Part shown: in pieces, positions 57,768-64,000 of the stretch
Layout of the letters: each line of letters begins with the position of its first letter
How positions within the stretch are numbered: the first letter of the stretch is position 1
Assembly: GCA_964016885.1 (NCBI GenBank)
Contig: OZ024740.1
Span: 299,770,001-299,834,000 of the forward strand
DNA length: 64,000 bases
Direction: 5' to 3'
From: Eledone cirrhosa
Taxonomy: Eukaryota
Notes under the pieces: model-generated
What the model was told of the DNA's origin: nothing
The model's database searches: none
What the model saw: only the letters and a program-made list of their open reading frames with translations
Program-made: the position numbers and the translations under genes

Positions 57768-58480
57768 CGTGTAAAATTCCCGAGATTCATGGACGAGTTC
57801 TCTCCAGCGGTCTTTGTCCTTCACTTCATTATCGCTGCAATGTCCTGCGTCTCAAACAGACCAGTGCCTATCCTTAGGGCATCAACGTACGTTAACCTTG
57901 GTTTTCCTCTTCCAGTGTGTCCATGTAGGGGTTCCCACAGGAGCACTAAGTGCAATGTCAACTCTGGATGTCGGTGAGCATGTCCAGCTTACCTCAGTCT
58001 CCTCTGTGTCATTTTGAGCTGACTTTTGGGAGGATCCCACACTGCTCTGAGTTTTTCATCCTCAGTGTATACTGATTAATGTTCAGAGCCATCCTCAGCA
58101 TTCTCGTGTAGCACCCATCCTCCATCTGAGTGAGTTTCTTGGTCAGAGTCCAAGTGTCAGACTCATACTGCAGCACAGACTCCACTATAGCAATGAAGAG
58201 GCGGATTTTCATGTCTTTACGAAGGCCCGACTTCCACACCGATCAAGAGGATTTGATGCGGGAGGTTGAGACTGTGTCGATGAGTGTGGGGCTGAGAATG
58301 AATGAGACTAAAACAAAATATCTGGTAGAGAATGTTGAGAAGCCAGAGGGTATCACTAATGTAGGCGGGAAGTCGATAGAATTGGTTTGAGGACTTCCTG
58401 TATTTGGGAGCAAAGATTGGGAATACAGAGGATGATGTGGTTGAGAGGAAGAGCAAAGCCTGGGCGGCGTGCCACAGCTG
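57765..58480 (-). mobile_element. 5'-truncated RTE LINE with 5' inversion
   Basis: - strand 58238->57765 'VWKSGLRKDMKIRLF..IVESVLQYESDTWTL...CYTRMLRMALN'; + strand 58240-58480 'EVETVSMSVGLRMNETKTKYL...DFLYLG...RKSKAWAACH'. Confidence 0.85.
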
Positions 58481-58547
58481 ATATATATATATATATATAA
58501 TCTGATATATACATATATATATAATCTGAGCTTTTCAAATATTAATA

Positions 58548-58732
58548 ATTGTTTCTACATTTGGCACAAGGCCAGCAATTACCCAGTGCATTATTGGTAC
58601 TTTATTTTATCGACCCCGTAAGGATGAAAGGCAAAGTCAACCTCGGCGGGATTTGAACTCAGATCGTTAAGGGACGTAACTATGATGGTAGCATGGCGTC
58701 CGACCCTCCACCGATACTGCCAATCCACCGCC
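58548..58732 (-). mobile_element. Full-length SINE with ~18-bp TSD
   Basis: ttttc(a/g)aatattaataat on both sides. Confidence 0.9.
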
Positions 58733-58733
58733 A

Positions 58734-59225
58734 TTTTCGAATATTAATAATGACATTCGATTCGTTTACAATTATACAAACAAGCCTCATTTTTATAGCC
58801 ATGTCAGTAGAATGAACCCTTCATTCTTGCTCTTGTTTTGGCATGTAAACAGAACTGCAAACGTTAATGTTTCTGGGTATCATCCTTCATCAGTAGAGCT
58901 CACTGTTCACCTGCAACTGTCAGAGTTACTGAAAATATATTCTATTTTCTAAAACATACAGTGACTGATCGGCCTGATTTGCATATTAGCAGATCCACTG
59001 ATCAGCCAGATTTACATATCAGCAGACTGGGCAGTCAGTTTCCTGTATACGAGCGATAAATGGCCTGGCTTTGCCAAATTAAAATAAAAAAAAAATAAAA
59101 AAAAAGTTCGCTTTACATCGCTGAATGCAATAAATGTAATCTGAGTTTTTCGATTATTAATAATAACATTCGATTCGTTTGCAATTATACAAGGAAGCCT
59201 CATTTTTATAGCCACATTCTTGCTC
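58734..59225 (-). mobile_element. Terminally redundant ~410-bp element with a hammerhead-like core (58860-58897); contains a Helitron 3' end at ~59050-59110
   Basis: acattcgattcgttt.caattatacaa..aagcctcatttttatagcca repeated at ~58753 and ~59166; CTGATGA-aggatgataccca-GAAA on -; - strand tggcaaagcca hairpin followed by CTCG|t. Confidence 0.55.
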
Positions 59226-59274
59226 GTGTGTGTGATTATATATGTATATATGTATATATTATATATGCATGTGA

Positions 59275-59580
59275 AAGTACGTGGTTAAGGTATTCGGCTC
59301 ACAATCGTAAGGTCGTGAGTTTGATTGCTGGTTGTCCGTTGTGTACTTGAGCAAGATTCTTTATTTTACGTTGCTTCAGTCCTCTAAGAACGCAAAAATG
59401 ATTTGTACTTCTAATTCGAAAGACTAGCCTTTTCACACACATAATCTCCCTGAGAACTACGTAAAGAGTACGCGTTTGTGTGGAATGCTAAGCCACTTGC
59501 ACGTTAATTTCACGAGTAGCCTGTTCCGTTGATAGTATCAACTGGAAAACGTGTCTTAATCGACGGAGTAACTCCATTTA
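59275..59580 (+). mobile_element. Second SINE family, diverged copy
   Basis: tRNA-like head gtggttaaggtattcggctcacaatcgtaaggtcgtgagtttgatt, body shared with 24830-24962. Confidence 0.65.
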
Positions 59581-59634
59581 TATGTGTGTGTGTGTATGTT
59601 TGTGCATTCATAATAATGTTTATACCTATGTGTC

Positions 59635-59685
<51 letters not shown>

Positions 59686-59740
59686 GCGTGTATGTGTGTG
59701 TGTGTGTGCGTGTGTGTGTGTGTGCGTATGTATTTATCTT

Positions 59741-59772
<32 letters not shown>

Positions 59773-59850
59773 CATATATACAGGGTGAAGTAAAGAAATA
59801 TATAAACACTGCATAGAATGCAGTTGAAGCATTTTATGTATGTGCGTGTG

Positions 59851-59929
<79 letters not shown>

Positions 59930-60596
59930 TCGACCACCCTTGACTCGTTGTGTCACATTCACTTAAGAATATAATTTAAAATCATATTACTTAAAATAAA
60001 TTTTTCAATAATTAAAATATACACCGATATGTATATAATATTAAATGCAATTGTAAGGCCCCCCCCCCACCCCCCACCCCACACACATACACGCACTCAC
60101 ATATATATATATATAACAAATTATAAAATAAGAAGAAGTAATAGACACAGATATATACCTATTTTTTCTTCAAAGTCCCGACTGCACAGTTTCGCTAGTC
60201 AGTTTGCAACAATTTCACATTATAGATGCGCAATATTGTTGTGAGGCACACCAGCTCTTCAAGGAACTCCTCAAGGAAAGAATACTTTCCAGACACGTTC
60301 GTAGCAAGTGAGAATATCTCAAAAGTCGGAGGAAGAAATTACCACGTGATACAGCGGTCAAGAAAGGGAACTGAACCCCTTGTAGCAAGTGAAATATATC
60401 TCAAAAGGCGGAGGGAGAAATATATATATATATATATAGTTTGGTTAACGAATATACTAATATTCACAGACATACAGATGTATTGTCCTTGGTATGACAG
60501 TGTGGTTTTAGCTCAATGTACTATAACTAGTATAGTAGAGAGCCGTTATAAGTTTAGGAATAACCAAAGAGTGCTTAGAAATACATTGTTTTATTT

Positions 60597-60641
60597 GCTA
60601 ACAATGTTTCATCCATACCCTAGGGCAGGAATCATCAGAGC
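60597..60641 (-). ncRNA. Type-I hammerhead motif
   Basis: gct-CTGATGA-ttcctgccctagggtatggat-GAAA-cattg-TT-agc. Confidence 0.65.
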
Positions 60642-61087
60642 CTATAAACAAAAGTATATCAAAGGTTGCAGGCTCCACCGAGCCTAGTCCCCAGAACAAG
60701 GAAGAAGGACAAGTAGGGGCACACAATACATGATATATATAATGTTACAAAATTACATCATAAAAAATTACATCATGAAAATTAGGTCAAAAGTTTATCA
60801 CGTAAATGGTGCAATAGATAAGGAGGTTGAGAGAGGAGAGCAAGAAATGAATGAGGCTGTAACTCAGCATGATAAAAAAACGAACCAAGCATAGATACAT
60901 CAATTCACAAGCAATGCAAGCACCTGTGCTCTGATTTTCGTGAAACGTGTTTTTTCCCATTTGTATTCCTATTTCAGGGGCAACCACCTTTCAAATTATT
61001 TTGCCATTATGCGCCGTTTTGGCTGTATTAAATTACAGACAAGCACACAATCACATATTTTAAATAGTATATAGATATATATACATA

Positions 61088-61218
61088 ATTGGTTCTACTT
61101 TAGGCACAAGGCCAGCAATTAACCAGTACATTACTGGTACTTTATTTTATCAACCTCGTAAGGATGAAAGGCAAAGTTAACCTCGGCGGGTGTTGAACTC
61201 ATTGGCGGGATTTGAATT
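61088..61218 (-). mobile_element. SINE, 5'-truncated
   Basis: Family match; local duplication of ggcggg..ttgaa. Confidence 0.85.
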
Positions 61219-61264
61219 GTTATATATATATAGATATATATATACATAATGATTTATAAATATA

Positions 61265-61830
61265 TCGCGCAATTTGGGAGTCATGATTATGGTAAGCCAT
61301 TGCACCTCATGGGAAATTCTTTGTGATAAGAGAAATGACCGTTCTGAGGCCTAGAAGACAGGGGATTTCTTAAGGCTGTAATCTATCGAACATTAGGGCG
61401 TAAGGGAGTGAATCTATTCCAGATTCATTAAGAGCTTTTCGACGGCTGTTCTTGTGTGTCTCACGCACGGGATAAACAGAATGTGGATCCACTTGGATGA
61501 GAGGTTCTTGACCAGCATATGGGAACCACACTGTGTCGTTTGGCTGCGAGGTAAAACAAAGGAATTGAAGGTGACATTGTTCGACTCAATCTTTGTATAG
61601 TTTGAACTGCATTTACTATCGTTTCAGTTGTGCTGACATCATATCGTTTTGTGAGACACCTAAGTCATCGGTCTCCAGGCATTCAGCGCCGATTCGTGTT
61701 ATTAATTCACAGTCGGCTCTGATGTATATTTTAACAGATATTTCTGAAGTGTTGAGGGAATTGCAAGGTAAGTTTTCATCACGATCAAGGGCAGTGTATA
61801 TTAGCGGGAGGTTAGATCTAAGAAGCCCAT
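61265..61830 (-). mobile_element. Probable old LINE (CR1/Jockey-like) 3' fragment
   Basis: Coding-like composition with only a weak resemblance to LINE C-termini; many stops. Confidence 0.3.
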
Positions 61831-61847
61831 ATTAACACACACGCACA

Positions 61848-61951
<104 letters not shown>

Positions 61952-61966
61952 CACACACACACACAT

Positions 61967-62022
<56 letters not shown>

Positions 62023-62084
62023 TCACACACACACACACGCACGCACGCACACGTATATATATATATATATATATATACATAAAG

Positions 62085-63300
62085 TCGGACAAAAATGTAG
62101 TGCAGTTAGTAACTTTTACTAGAGAAGTATGGGCATGCTCGAAGAGAACTAATCGAGGGAATATGGGGTGAATGTGTGGGAATGTGTGAGAGTGTGACAG
62201 AGATACTGAGAAAGAAAGAGAGAGTGGGAGTGATAGGATGTGCAATACTGGAGAACCAGGTATGTTAATGTTAGAATGTGTTAGTTTAAATATTTGTAAT
62301 AATTTATGACCATTCATCATAATGTTGGGGTCAAATCTGGATAAAGGAGGTGTGTTGTATAAATAATAGGCACTGGGCTGTAAAGGGAAATGACATAGAC
62401 AGTTGATGTGAAGTGTCACAGATCTGAGTGACCCAACGCTATAGGTTTCACAGTTCAAAGAATGTTTCTTAGAATTTTTATCAAGCCTTCACCCGGATTC
62501 CGCTATACAGAATATGCGACAGATTTGGCATGTATGAAAAAGAAAGTAGAAGATTGATGTTGGTATTTTAAAGAGGTTCATTTTCTGGACAAACGGACAA
62601 GTGCTACAGACACGACAGCTTCATGTGCAGGTAGTCCTGCTTCCGTCGATATGGGGTAAAATCTTGGTAGAAATAAGAATGGCCACGTTTGTACATGCTG
62701 GATATCAATTGGCGTTTGCTCAGTCTGGTGTTGTAAAATAAGTCAGACAACTTATTGTGGTGCAGGACCTACTATGGGGTAGTAATGTAGAATTTTCTGA
62801 TTCACAGCCCTTACAGACGTGGTGATGTTAATGAAGCAGAAATGCTTTCCAAAGATTGAATATCAGGTTATGTAGTAGAGCCTCCAACTACGAACATAAT
62901 TGAAATACATGTAGGGAGCAGTAGAGCTAAATTACGTGGAACGGTGGATCTTACTGGCACTATAAGATGAAGTAAAAAAGAAGCTGGTTGACCAAATAAT
63001 TGTAAAGCTGTCTGCAATGAATCGTCAATATACTCAGTCGTTAAGTTAATATTTAACATAACCCAGTCTTAATGATAATATTACACACATGTAGATTTGA
63101 CTCTCTTTTATTAATATAATATTTTGTGAAACATGAAAAACAGTATACACGAGTACATATGTATGTGTGTGAGACTTCATTTATATCTATATAACGACTA
63201 CCATTTGGAAATATCTCTCGTGAAAACTGAAAACCACAGAACTGTAACACCGACTTCCAACCGGTAGAAACAACGTCAAATAACTAGTTTGACTTCCAGG
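62085..63300 (-). mobile_element. Penelope-like RT C-terminus/GIY-YIG fragment, decayed
   Basis: 'CRVCSTCPFV' Cys motif (~62585-62617), like the zinc-binding linker before GIY-YIG; frameshifted. Confidence 0.55.
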
Positions 63301-63603
63301 TAAGTCCAAATAGGAATGCTCTCAATCTTTCTCGCTTGTGTAAATGTGTGGCTGTGAAGTTTATTTCCCAACTATATGGTTTAGGCTTCGGTCTCAGCGC
63401 GCCGCTATTTCATCAATTAGGTTCCTTAAGAACCTAATTGATATATTTCTTGTGAGTAACATTTGATAGAGAAAAGCTGTGTAAAGGCCGGACGTATACA
63501 TACATACGCACACACTCATACATACACACATACATACATACAAAGTTACTCACATACATAGATACATACACATTTACATACATACACACATTCATACATA
63601 CAT

Positions 63604-64000
63604 AGCCCCGATAATATACACATTAAAAGCTCTAGCAATGTGGAAGACATTCATATACATAATTTGAAAGAGTACTGGTGGAATGTTCCAGTAAAAATCC
63701 CAATAAAATGCAGGCATAACAGACCAGATATTATGATATGGGACAGGGAAAAGAAAACATGCACAGTAGTCGAAATCAGCTGCCCAGCAGATGCCAATAT
63801 AATATCAAAGATTAGCAAAAAGGAGAATATTTATGCAGGACTGATGAGAAATCTGCAGATACTCCACCCTGATTACACCTTCGGATTTATGCCTGTGATT
63901 ATTGGGGTATTGGGGTATGTTAGTAACTGCCCCAATACAAATCTTGAGAAGCTAGGCTTCACAGGAACAGAAAGAACACAACTAGTTAGGAAATTACAAG
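63604..64000 (+). mobile_element. RLE-type (R4/Dong-like) retrotransposon; open frame running off the window end
   Basis: Stop-free frame 63601-64000 (missed by the ORF track): 'KEYWWNVPVKIPIKCRHNRPDIMIWDREKKTCTVVEISCPADANI..KISKKENIY..L...L..LHPDY.F.FMPVIIGVLG'; 5' junction in (CATA)n. Confidence 0.9.

Overview
AT-rich, microsatellite-saturated eukaryotic (animal) DNA, most likely an octopod cephalopod; this is inferred from the dominant tRNA-derived SINE, recognised from memory rather than by a search. No intact long protein-coding gene is visible, and most ORFs in the supplied track are (TA)n/(CA)n/(GA)n artefacts. The window is mainly intronic/intergenic sequence packed with decayed transposons: about 20 SINE copies, RTE-type LINE fragments (one with a clear twin-priming 5' inversion), R4/Dong-like and CRE-like restriction-like-endonuclease retroelements, Helitron termini and Penelope-like (GIY-YIG) fragments. 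The most notable signal is at least 15 minimal type-I hammerhead ribozyme motifs (helix I-CUGANGA-stem II-GAAA-stem III-UH-helix I) from roughly ten unrelated short-element families. These elements sit in or next to (TA)n tracts, are often terminally redundant or fold-back inverted pairs, and resemble Penelope pLTR/retrozyme elements. Weak host-gene evidence: a 24-nt + strand micro-exon (5786-5809), a probable terminal exon with a long 3' UTR from 26060, and several - strand exon-like segments that may form an antisense transcript. Coordinates were read by eye and element boundaries are approximate.
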